NCBI GenBank assembly: GCA_030141605.1
Contig: JAQGDQ010002491.1
Location: 1 to 18,848, forward strand
Direction of reading: 5' to 3'
Length of the DNA: 18,848 nt
Origin: Tubiluchus corallicola
Taxonomy: Eukaryota; Animalia; Priapulida
Part shown: in pieces, positions 10,287 through 18,725 of the stretch
Layout: each line of letters opens with the position of its first letter
How positions within the stretch are numbered: position 1 is the stretch's first letter
Program-made: the position numbers and the translations under genes
Notes under the pieces: generated by a model
Told to the model about the DNA's origin: nothing
The model's input: only the letters and a program-made list of their open reading frames with translations
The model's database searches: none

Positions 10287-10481
10287 ATGATTACTTTCTA
10301 CTATAGCTTTCGGAACACAACATTAGTGTTTTCTCATCGTGCTTACGATGGCCCTGATCAAGGTCAATTTAAAAAATGTGATATTTAAGGAATTAAAATT
10401 ATTATTCCAAAATTAGAGCCTAAAGAGGCTTATCAATTAGAATTTGGTGTTATAATTGGTTCTAGAGAAGTTCCTATATGA
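10287..10481 (+). pseudogene. Possible decayed gene fragment (two in-frame pieces separated by one TAA)
   Basis: Reads MITFYYSFRNTTLVFSHRAYDGPDQGQFKKCDI*GIKIIIPKLEPKEAYQLEFGVIIGSREVPI*. Less AT-rich than other spacers. Loosely resembles the end of a DUF11-like beta-sandwich repeat (by eye only). Confidence 0.25.
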
Positions 10482-10552
10482 AATATTTACTTATATAAAA
10501 GCTACTATAAAAACGGAAACTATGAGCATAAATTTAATGTTCGTACTGGACA

Positions 10553-10602
10553 TAGATAAATAAAAAAAGATGCATATATATGCATCTTTTTTTATTTATC
10601 TA
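10553..10602. terminator. Perfect 50-bp palindrome; probable bidirectional intrinsic terminator
   Basis: TAGATAAATAAAAAAAGATGCA-TATATA-TGCATCTTTTTTTATTTATCTA lies between convergent operons, with a T7 tract on each strand after the GATGCA stem. Confidence 0.85.
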
Positions 10603-10608
10603 CTTTTT

Positions 10609-10938
10609 TTAACATTTCATCTCCACTAAACATATTCCCTGAAATATTACGCTCAGCACTAAAATTTGAAAAAATATAACTATAAATATTACAATAACAT
10701 TAAATTGAGATTTTTTTATATATAAAGTAATTGTTATTAGCAATAATCCTAAATTTAATATTAACATTATAATTGTTATAAGGTTTAAACCAAACATGCT
10801 TACAAGGTAAAGGAGCGTCCTTGGAACTATAAATACCATCAATCCTAAAACAATAAAGTTAGTTATTTCTTTTTTTGTAAAAAGATTTATTAAAAATAAT
10901 AGAAATAGCACCCCTATCAACATCAATAAAAAAAGCAT
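10609..10938 (-). CDS. Small hypothetical integral membrane protein (about 4 hydrophobic segments)
   Basis: 109 aa, very hydrophobic, GGAGG RBS. Last gene of the minus-strand operon, ending next to the terminator. Confidence 0.7.
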   Translation of the reverse strand: MLFLLMLIGVLFLLFLINLFTKKEITNFIVLGLMVFIVPRTLLYLVSMFGLNLITIIMLILNLGLLLITITLYIKKSQFNVIVIFIVIFFQILVLSVIFQGICLVEMKC

Positions 10939-10955
10939 ACTATACCTCCATCAAT

Positions 10956-11945
10956 TTACTTCATAATTTGAAATTTCTTGATTTTATTTTCTATACTTTC
11001 TATGCTTAGTTTATCAATCTCTCTTTCAACCTTATTAATCATTAACTTTATCTTTTCTTCTCCTTTTACTTTAGAATATTTAGAAAATAATTCACATATA
11101 ATTTCTTTATCTTCTATATTAAATTCACCTATTCCTATTATGTCAGGTCCTGGAGTTATGTGCCCTTCTATAAAAACATCCGCATATGCTAAATATTTTT
11201 TAATTTTTTTATTTTCATCACTATTTCTCCCTATAAATACATATTTCCCTTTATCTAGTCTAAAAAATCTACTATGCTTTATTAAGCTAAATAAATAAAA
11301 ATAATTTTGTTTTAAGTATCCATCTTTTTCCAATATATGCAACCTATAAGAATAGTTCGGTTCAGTTAATAAACACCCTCCACCAGGACTTGGATAATCA
11401 ATTAAGTTATATTTTTCCATAAGCTCCATTTGCCTTTTTCTCATTCTTCCTTGAATATCAAGTAATTTATCTCTTTGTATCCATCCTTCTTTTTCAGGTT
11501 TTGTAGGTGGCAGCAATTTTGCAGATAATGGCCTAACTATTATATCATCTAAACCAGAGTCTAACCTTATTTTATTTAAAGCTTGATAATTTTGAGACAT
11601 TGGCCTTTGTCCTAATACTTCTCCTGAAATAATAAAGCTTGCTCCATATTTTTCAAGTAACTCCCCTGCAACTTTAAACATTAAAGTATGACAGTCAACA
11701 CAAGGATTCATATTTTTTCCTCTACCATGTTTTGGGTTTTTTACTATTTCAAGGTGCCTTGTTTTAAAATCTATATATTCTATTTTGGCTCCTATTTGAT
11801 CAATCATCATTTCAGATCTTTTATCCTTACCACCAAAAAAATGAGAAACAAAATTTAAAGCAATAACATCTATTCCTTGATCTATAGTTATTTTTATCGC
11901 TAAAGAGCTATCAAGTCCTCCAGAAAATAATGCTAAAGCTTTCAT
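10956..11945 (-). CDS. PP-loop adenine nucleotide alpha-hydrolase, ThiI-like putative tRNA sulfurtransferase lacking THUMP
   Basis: N-terminal LFSGGLDS PP-loop, NPCVDC, GEVLGQRPMSQ, RPLSAKLL, GGGCLLT and C-terminal GRN-x-x-EN. Confidence 0.8.
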   Translation of the reverse strand: MKALALFSGGLDSSLAIKITIDQGIDVIALNFVSHFFGGKDKRSEMMIDQIGAKIEYIDFKTRHLEIVKNPKHGRGKNMNPCVDCHTLMFKVAGELLEKYGASFIISGEVLGQRPMSQNYQALNKIRLDSGLDDIIVRPLSAKLLPPTKPEKEGWIQRDKLLDIQGRMRKRQMELMEKYNLIDYPSPGGGCLLTEPNYSYRLHILEKDGYLKQNYFYLFSLIKHSRFFRLDKGKYVFIGRNSDENKKIKKYLAYADVFIEGHITPGPDIIGIGEFNIEDKEIICELFSKYSKVKGEEKIKLMINKVEREIDKLSIESIENKIKKFQIMK

Positions 11946-11959
11946 AATACGTCCCCTTT

Positions 11960-13027
11960 CTATACATTTATTATCATTAAATCTTTTGAAGTATTATTTA
12001 TTATTTCATATCCATTCCTTTTTACTATTACATCATCTTCTATCCTTACCCCTCCAAACCCTTCTATGTATATCCCAGGTTCAATTGTAATAATCATATT
12101 TTCTTTTAACTCAACTTTAGGACCTTTTTGAGATACCATAGGATACTCATGCACCTCTAAGCCCAGACCATGACCTAAGCCATGACCAAAATTTTCGCCA
12201 TAACCCTTATTATTTATATAATTTCTTGCAATTTTATCTAATTCATAATTACTGATCCCTTCTTTTATTGATTTTATAGAAAGAAGCTGAGCTTCTAATA
12301 CTGTATTATATATTTCAAAGTGCTTTTCACTTATGTTGTTTCCTAAATATACTGTTCTAGTCATGTCTGAAAAATATCCATTATAACATGTTCCAAAGTC
12401 AAATTTTATAAACCCTTCACTTTGTATTATTTTTTCACTAGCTACACCATGAGGAAAAGCTGACCTTTCATTAGAAGCAACTATTGTATCAAAAGCTTTT
12501 TTTTCTCCTCCTAGTTTTTTCATTTCATACTCCAGTTCATTTGCCAAGCTTTTTTCACTTATTCCTGGCCTTATTAAAGGTAATATTTTCTCAAATGCCT
12601 CATCAGCTATTTTTGCAGCTTTTTTTATTGAAGTTATTTCAAATTCTTTTTTTATCATTCTTTTCTTTTTATAAAAATCCTCTATTGAGTACATTTCTGA
12701 ATCTAAAGCATCTATCATATGTTTATATTTATCTATTGATATGTCATTTCCTTCTATGCCTAGCTTGTTTATTTGATTTGATTTCAAGATATTATTTATT
12801 GCTGGAAAAGGATCACTATTTATTTCAATCACTTTAAATCCATTTGGCATTACTTCTTTTTCGCATTGATTTAAATACCTAAAATCTGTAAAAAAATATT
12901 TTTTCTTACTTGTTAGCAATACTACACCTGTACTTCCTGTAAAACCACTTGAGTACCTCACATTTATCAAATCTGTTAAAAGTATACCATCTATATTTTT
13001 TTCATTATATAGTTTTTTTATATCCAT
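11960..13027 (-). CDS. Xaa-Pro aminopeptidase/dipeptidase (M24B)
   Basis: TDFRY N-terminal domain, DFG...SDMTRT, HGLGHGLGLEVHE, TIEPGIY and GVRIEDD metal-ligand motifs. Confidence 0.95.
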   Translation of the reverse strand: MDIKKLYNEKNIDGILLTDLINVRYSSGFTGSTGVVLLTSKKKYFFTDFRYLNQCEKEVMPNGFKVIEINSDPFPAINNILKSNQINKLGIEGNDISIDKYKHMIDALDSEMYSIEDFYKKKRMIKKEFEITSIKKAAKIADEAFEKILPLIRPGISEKSLANELEYEMKKLGGEKKAFDTIVASNERSAFPHGVASEKIIQSEGFIKFDFGTCYNGYFSDMTRTVYLGNNISEKHFEIYNTVLEAQLLSIKSIKEGISNYELDKIARNYINNKGYGENFGHGLGHGLGLEVHEYPMVSQKGPKVELKENMIITIEPGIYIEGFGGVRIEDDVIVKRNGYEIINNTSKDLMIINV

Positions 13028-13037
13028 ACTTTCCTCC

Positions 13038-14073
13038 TTAGTTAATTACTTCTATTTCTCCTCCACCTAAAACAAGGTTACTTTTGTCATACAAAGCTAG
13101 ATGTTGACCATTTGCATTTTGAGCGTTTTTTTTATCATAATAAAAGTACACTCCATCTCTTTTAATCTTTATTTTCCCTAAATGACCTACACTTGACGAT
13201 CTTGGCCTTCCAATTAAATATTCTAATTTTAATAATTTTTTTAAAGGTACATTGGATACAAAGTTATTTAGCTTTATCTTCCTTACAAATAAATCTTCAT
13301 AATTACCTAACATAATTTCATTTTTCCTTGAATCAATATTTATAACAAAATGTATTGATCCATCTTTTATTCCAAGACCTCTTCTTTGACCCACTGTATA
13401 ATATTGATACCCATTATGTTCTCCTATCACATTTTTCTCTTTATCTATATAGTTTCCTTTTTTTATATTTAAATTATTCATTAGAAATTTTTTATAGCCT
13501 TCTAAAGCAAAACATATATCTTGACTGTCATTTTTATTATGTATACTAAGGCCTATTTCCTTAGCTAGTCCTCTTACATACTGTTTATCATAGTTTCCAA
13601 GTGGAAATATCATTTTATCTATTATTTCACTTTTTAATCTATATAACATATATGATTGGTCTTTTCTAACATTTTTGCTTTTTATTAATAAGGTTTTTTT
13701 ATAAAAATTATCATAACTTATGTTACAGTAATGACCTGTTGCAATATAATTACAATTAAAATTAAGCATTTGTTTATAAAGAATTTTTATTTTTACCAGT
13801 TCATTACATTTTATGCAAGGAGATGGAGTTATACCTTTATTATATGAATCTAAAAAATATGTCTTTATTTTTTCAATATCATTTTTCATATTGTATATAT
13901 GATGTTCTATTTTTAAAAAATCTGCAACATTTTTAGCTGTAATTATTTCTTTAAAATCTTCATTATACTGGTTTAAACTTATTCCAATTACTTCATAACC
14001 TTTTTCTTTTAGTAAATAAGCTGACATTGCAGAATCAACTCCACCGCTTATTCCTACTAATACTTTTTTTCAT
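13038..14073 (-). CDS. mnmA: tRNA 2-thiouridine(34) synthase; apparent +1 indel in the A7 tract right after the start codon
   Basis: ISGGVDS lies in frame upstream of the ORF-track start at 14027. Other motifs: PCIKCN, ATGHY, KDQSY, DSQDICF, TVGQRRGL. ATG at 14073 (GAGGA RBS) is followed by 7 A and is 1 nt out of frame. Confidence 0.88.
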
Positions 14074-14076
14074 CTA

Positions 14077-14780
14077 TTATTCCTCTAGATCTGTTTCACT
14101 TATATGTATTTCTCCAATATTAATTAAAGTTTTTTTATTATCTTTTTCTATCAATAATTGCCCACTTTTTTCTATACCAAAAGATTTATATTTTATTCCA
14201 TCTATTTTTATTACTTTCCCTTCTAAATAGTCATATTTTTTTATCTCTTTATAAATATTTTTCCATTTATTTTTTAGAAACATATTATAAAATATTTTAA
14301 AATATTTTATATACTTGATTATAAACAAATCTGTATTTCTTATAATATTATCAACTTCTTTTAATGAAATAGCTTTATTATTTACACTTGATACATCATT
14401 GTTAACATTTATTCCAATTCCTATTATATAATGTTCTTTATTCTTTTCTATTAATATTCCTGCTAGTTTTTTATTTTTTATATATATATCATTAGTCCAT
14501 TTAAACTTAAAATCTAAATTTGTTATGCTTTCTAAATACTTTAATAATGAAATCCCTGTTACTAAAGACAATTTTTGATACTCACTAATTGATAAAATAT
14601 CACTAGCTTTTATCAAAAAACTAAAGTAAGCTCCTCCTTTTGAGAAACCCAAGCATTACCTCTTCTCCCTTTTCCATTAGTTTGTCTTTCACTTATTACT
14701 AGAGTATAGTTTTCTTTATTATTAATATTTTTTATGTATTCATTTGTAGATTCTATTTCTTTTAGTTTTATTATATTCAC
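14077..14780 (-). CDS. birA: Biotin-[acetyl-CoA-carboxylase] ligase, monofunctional (no HTH); apparent 1-nt deletion at about 14638-14641
   Basis: From GTG 14780: NIIKLKEIESTNEY...QTNGKGRRGNAWVSQ, then a frame change to GGAYFSF...KWTNDI...KKLAGIL...IGIGINV. Confidence 0.9.
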
Positions 14781-15152
14781 TATTTAGTTCCTTACTATAC
14801 ACATTCTTTTATATAAATTTAATTATAAAACTAACATTAAAGCAGATACAAATATTTTTTAATTCAAATCACCTTAAGTATAAATTAAAATTATTACATT
14901 TTTTTGTTCATTTACTTTTTTCACAATACTTTTTTATTAAAATTTTATAAGTGCTGCATTATTAATGTAAACCTATTTTTTACTTCTATGGTATTTCAAG
15001 TATTTTTACAAACTTTAACAGATATTATTTATGCCTTTATAAATTTCAATATCTATAAGTTCATTAGTTTATTTATAATTTTTACTTTTCAAATAATTTT
15101 TTTTAATTAAATAAAGTATTCATATTTTAAATTAAAATTTAAACATTTTATC

Positions 15153-15178
15153 AAAAAAAACGAGGACCACATCCTCGT
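15153..15178 (-). terminator. Intrinsic terminator after the left pgmB copy
   Basis: ACGAGGA-TGTGG-TCCTCGT stem-loop followed by a T-tract on the minus strand. Confidence 0.85.
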
Positions 15179-15179
15179 A

Positions 15180-15580
15180 TTATTCTTCTATTTTATCTAG
15201 TAGCTCATCAATATTTATATCTTTTAAATGATCATATCTATAAGTCGCATAACCTATTCTATCTTCTTCTCCTATTCCTATTGTTGTTAATCCAGTATTT
15301 GTAGCATTTACACCTGAAAAAGCATCTTCTAAAACAACACATTCCTCAGGTTCTAAGTTTAACTTTTGAATAGCATACAAAAATATATCTGGAGCTGGCT
15401 TTCTATTAGCCACACTTTGACCATCACAAACAACATTAAACATCGAAATAGCATTTAAATTTTCTAAAACTCTCTTAGCATTTTTACTTCCTGACACTAG
15501 TCCTAATTTATACCCTCTTACCTTTAAGTCTACTAAAAATTCCTTGCTCCTGGTAAATAATCTTGTGATGTTACATTTTC
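15180..15580 (-). pseudogene. pgmB: 3' half of beta-phosphoglucomutase (duplicate copy lacking HAD motif I)
   Basis: SGSKNA, KPAPDIFL and LEDA motifs, identical to 18012-18329. Joined to the MORN gene at 15580. Confidence 0.85.
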
Positions 15581-16456
15581 GTGGTACCATATAAAATCAT
15601 TAGAAAGAATTCCCTGCTTATTATACTCCTCTTCGCCTAAAATATTCCCATTTTCATAAAAATACTTCCACTTACCTACTTCAAAGTCATTTTTTACAAA
15701 ACCAAGCTTACTAAGTACTCCGTTTTCATAGAACTCTTTATACTCTAAAGTGTCTTTATTATATGTATTTTCTATTTCACCATTTTCGTAGTAAAAAGTA
15801 TAAGCTTCTAACTTGTTTTTAGAATACTTTTCTACTCCTAATTTATTTCCATTTGGGTAGTAATATTCCCATATTTCACTTTTCTTATCATTATTAAAAT
15901 AAGATTTTAAATAAATACTTCCGTTTTCATAATAAGAAATTGTTTCACCATGTTTTTTTCCGAAATTATATTTTCCACTTATTTGTGGATTTCCATTTTC
16001 ATAAAAATATGTAAAATTACCATGTAAATCACCATGTAGGTAATTACTACTTTCTTCAATATTTCCATTTTCATAATAATAAATCCAATTATTTTCTAAG
16101 ACTCCATTTTTGTAACTACCAATAGAGCTAATGCTACCATCTTCATAGTACCATTTCCATTCACCATTCCTATTATCTTCATTATCACTTCCATCATTGC
16201 TAAAGCCTTCCATTTGTACATTGCCAGAGATATAGTAATCTTTTATAATATACCCGTTCTTATGTTTTAATGCAGGAGGTCTATAATACGTAGCTTCATC
16301 ACGAGAGCCCACTTCATTCCAATTATCATCAAAGTAGACAGTTCTATTAGCTCTTTCATTTTCAGAAAATTCGATTCTATTTTTTTCATTTTTTATAACT
16401 GATTTAATAGGCATAAAAGTGCATATAACAAGAATTACAATGATTTGTTTTTTCAT
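15533..16456 (-). CDS. MORN-variant repeat protein (YwqK-like repeats) with N-terminal signal-like segment; C-terminus replaced at 15580 by pgmB sequence
   Basis: About 9 Y(Y/F)ENG-type repeats, mostly about 24 aa apart. N-terminus MKKQIIVILVIC, GAGG RBS. The tail ENVTSQDYLPGA is pgmB-derived. Confidence 0.85.
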   Translation of the reverse strand: MKKQIIVILVICTFMPIKSVIKNEKNRIEFSENERANRTVYFDDNWNEVGSRDEATYYRPPALKHKNGYIIKDYYISGNVQMEGFSNDGSDNEDNRNGEWKWYYEDGSISSIGSYKNGVLENNWIYYYENGNIEESSNYLHGDLHGNFTYFYENGNPQISGKYNFGKKHGETISYYENGSIYLKSYFNNDKKSEIWEYYYPNGNKLGVEKYSKNKLEAYTFYYENGEIENTYNKDTLEYKEFYENGVLSKLGFVKNDFEVGKWKYFYENGNILGEEEYNKQGILSNDFIWYHENVTSQDYLPGARNF

Positions 16457-16837
16457 AAATTTTACCTCATATAATATTTAAGTTTAATTATAAAATAAAA
16501 CATCTATAAAGCAGAATATCATAGTTGTATATAAAAAACAAGAAATTATCATAAAGCTTTAGTTTATTTGTAATTTTAGAAATACTAAATTATTTCTCTT
16601 TTAATATTTTAACATAAGTTATATGGAAAGTAAATTTTTATAACTTTATAGATTTATTTTTAAAATTATTATAAATTCTTTATTTTATTGAGATGTTTTT
16701 ATTTAAAATAAGAGATTTAAAATGATGTAAAAAAACTGTAATAGTTTTAATTTTTTAAAGAACTTGCTTAAATTTAACAAATTTATAAAAATATATATGC
16801 TTTTTTTATATTATTTCTAGTATGTCTTAGTCAAGTT

Positions 16838-16846
16838 TGATATAAT
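16838..16846 (+). promoter_or_regulatory. Candidate extended -10 element (TGaTATAAT) for the glycosylase gene
   Basis: Exact TGnTATAAT upstream of the ORF. The AT-rich context limits significance. Confidence 0.4.
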
Positions 16847-16921
16847 TATTTGTAATTACTATAGATGAATGCACATTTACAACATATTTTAGATGTATTT
16901 TTAATGAAAGGAAATAAAACT

Positions 16922-17587
16922 ATGAAAATACATAGGTTAGAAAAAAATTTCTTTTTAGATGATGTTTTAGATGTTAGTAAGAACATATTGGGAAAGATAT
17001 TAGTTAGAAAAATAAATAAAAAAGAATTAAAATTTAAGATAGTAGAAGTAGAGGCTTATAAAGGACCAGAGGATAAAGCTTGTCATGCTTATAATAACAA
17101 AATGACAAAAAGAACAGAAACTATGTTTAAAGAAGGGGGGGTATCATATATATATCAAATATATGGAATATACTTTTGCTTAAATGTAGTTGTAGAAAAA
17201 GAAAATATACCTCAGGCTATATTAATAAGGGGAATAGAGCCAATGGAAGATTATAATATATTGTGGAAAAATAGAAAAAATATAAAAAAAATAAACTTGT
17301 TAACTAATGGACCGAGTAAGTTGTGTCAAGCATTAGAGATAAATAAAGAATTAAATTCTTATGATCTAGTAAATGGAAATGAATTATATATCTGTGAAGA
17401 AAAGAAGGAAAAAAATATAAAAATATTAAAAACAATAAAAAATATTGATAACAATATATTAAAAATTGAAAATAGACCTTTTGATATAGTTGCGTCTAAA
17501 AGAGTTGGAATAGATTATGCAAATGAGTATAAAAATGTACTGTGGAGGTTTTATATAAAAAACAATAGATTTATATCTAAAAAATAA
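16922..17587 (+). CDS. DNA-3-methyladenine glycosylase (MPG/AAG family)
   Basis: LGKILV, IVEVEAY-x-G-x-x-D-x-A-C-H, YIYQIYGIYFCLNVV, AILIRGIEP, NGPSKLCQAL, RVGI and WRFY. AAGGA precedes ATG 16922; 16865 and 16904 are alternative starts. Confidence 0.95.
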   Translation: MKIHRLEKNFFLDDVLDVSKNILGKILVRKINKKELKFKIVEVEAYKGPEDKACHAYNNKMTKRTETMFKEGGVSYIYQIYGIYFCLNVVVEKENIPQAILIRGIEPMEDYNILWKNRKNIKKINLLTNGPSKLCQALEINKELNSYDLVNGNELYICEEKKEKNIKILKTIKNIDNNILKIENRPFDIVASKRVGIDYANEYKNVLWRFYIKNNRFISKK

Positions 17588-17604
17588 ATTATACTTAAAT
17601 TTTC

Positions 17605-17633
17605 TTGTAAAAATACTAAAAATGTAGTACTAT
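17605..17633 (+). promoter_or_regulatory. Candidate sigma70 promoter for pgmB
   Basis: TTGTAA-17 bp-TACTAT, ending 45 nt before ATG 17678, which has an AAGGAGG RBS. Confidence 0.5.
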
Positions 17634-17677
17634 AGATATGTAAATAGAATGTGAATTTTGCAATTAAAGGAGGGAAT

Positions 17678-18329
17678 ATGAGAAAGGTAAAAGGATTTAT
17701 ATTTGATTTAGGTGGATATAGCAGATACTGATTCTTATAACTATAAAGCTTGAATAAGTTATCTGAAAGTAAAGGGTTAGAATTTAATGATGAAGTTTAT
17801 AAAAAAATTAGAGGAGTATCAAGATTAGGCTCCTTAGAAATAATTTTAGAGCATAATAATAAAGAGATTGATGAAATTACGAAAAAGAAGTGGGCAGAAG
17901 AAAAAAATGAACTATATGTAGAATACCTTGAAAATGTAACATCACAAGATTATTTACCAGGAGCAAAGGAATTTTTAGTAGACTTTAAAAAGAGGGTATA
18001 AATTAGGACTAGTGTCAGGAAGTAAAAATGCTAAGAGAGTTTTAGAAAATTTAAATGCTATTTCGATGTTTAATGTTGTTTGTGATGGTCAAAGTGTGGC
18101 TAATAGAAAGCCAGCTCCAGATATATTTTTGTATGCTATTCAAAAGTTAAACTTAGAACCTGAGGAATGTGTTGTTTTAGAAGATGCTTTTTCAGGTGTA
18201 AATGCTACAAATACTGGATTAACAACAATAGGAATAGGAGAAGAAGATAGAATAGGTTATGCGACTTATAGATATGATCATTTAAAAGATATAAATATTG
18301 ATGAGCTACTAGATAAAATAGAAGAATAA
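17678..18329 (+). pseudogene. pgmB: Beta-phosphoglucomutase (HAD family), full length but with three apparent frameshifts; may be intact in vivo
   Basis: Pieces: MRKVKGFIFDLGG / IADTDSYNYKA / NKLSESKG...RGVSRLGSLEIIL...DYLPGAKEFL / SGSKNA...KPAPDIFL...LEDA. Frame breaks at about 17717, 17751 and 17985-17991. Confidence 0.85.
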
Positions 18330-18330
18330 T

Positions 18331-18356
18331 ACGAGGATGTGGTCCTCGTTTTTTTT
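18331..18356 (+). terminator. Intrinsic terminator after pgmB
   Basis: ACGAGGA-TGTGG-TCCTCGT followed by T7, immediately after the stop codon. Confidence 0.88.
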
Positions 18357-18725
18357 GATAAAATGTTTAAATTTTAATTTAAAATATGAATACTTTATTT
18401 AATTAAAAAAAATTATTTGAAAAGTAAAAATTATAAATAAACTAATGAACTTATAGATATTGAAATTTATAAAGGCATAAATAATATCTGTTAAAGTTTG
18501 TAAAAATACTTGAAATACCATAGAAGTAAAAATAGGTTTACATTAATAATGCTGTACTTATAAAATTTTAATAAAAAGTATTGTGAAAAAGTAAATGAAC
18601 AAAAAAATGTAATAATTTTAATTTATACTTAAGGTGATTTGAATTAAAAAATATTTGTATCTGCTTTAATGTTAGTTTTATAATTAAATTTATATAAAAG
18701 AATGTGTATAGTAAGGAACTAAATA

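Larger units (their letters stand above)
14658..15580 (-). repeat. Left arm of long inverted duplication (pgmB 3' half, spacer, birA 5' end)
   Basis: Reverse complement of 17930-18848 apart from a few indels and substitutions. The 14658 limit is set only by the window end. Confidence 0.97.

Noticed and set aside
10978-15110. Short plus-strand ORFs: 10978-11298, 12484-12837, 13355-13549, 14027-14230, 14904-15110
   Set aside because: Antisense to real genes or in an AT-rich spacer; the F/L/I richness reflects base composition. 14904-15110 is broken by indels in the other repeat arm.
15545-15590. N-terminus MVPRKCNITRLFTRS of ORF 15180-15590
   Set aside because: Off-frame translation produced by the junction and the missing A; not a real start.
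15533-16456. Toxin-antitoxin system or DGR target
   Set aside because: No toxin, reverse transcriptase or adenine-specific variant repeat pair; the similarity is limited to generic MORN repeats.
15581-17929. Shufflon, site-specific invertible cassette or composite transposon
   Set aside because: No recombinase in the window, the arms are housekeeping sequence rather than IS or short crossover sites, and inversion would regenerate the same two gene junctions.
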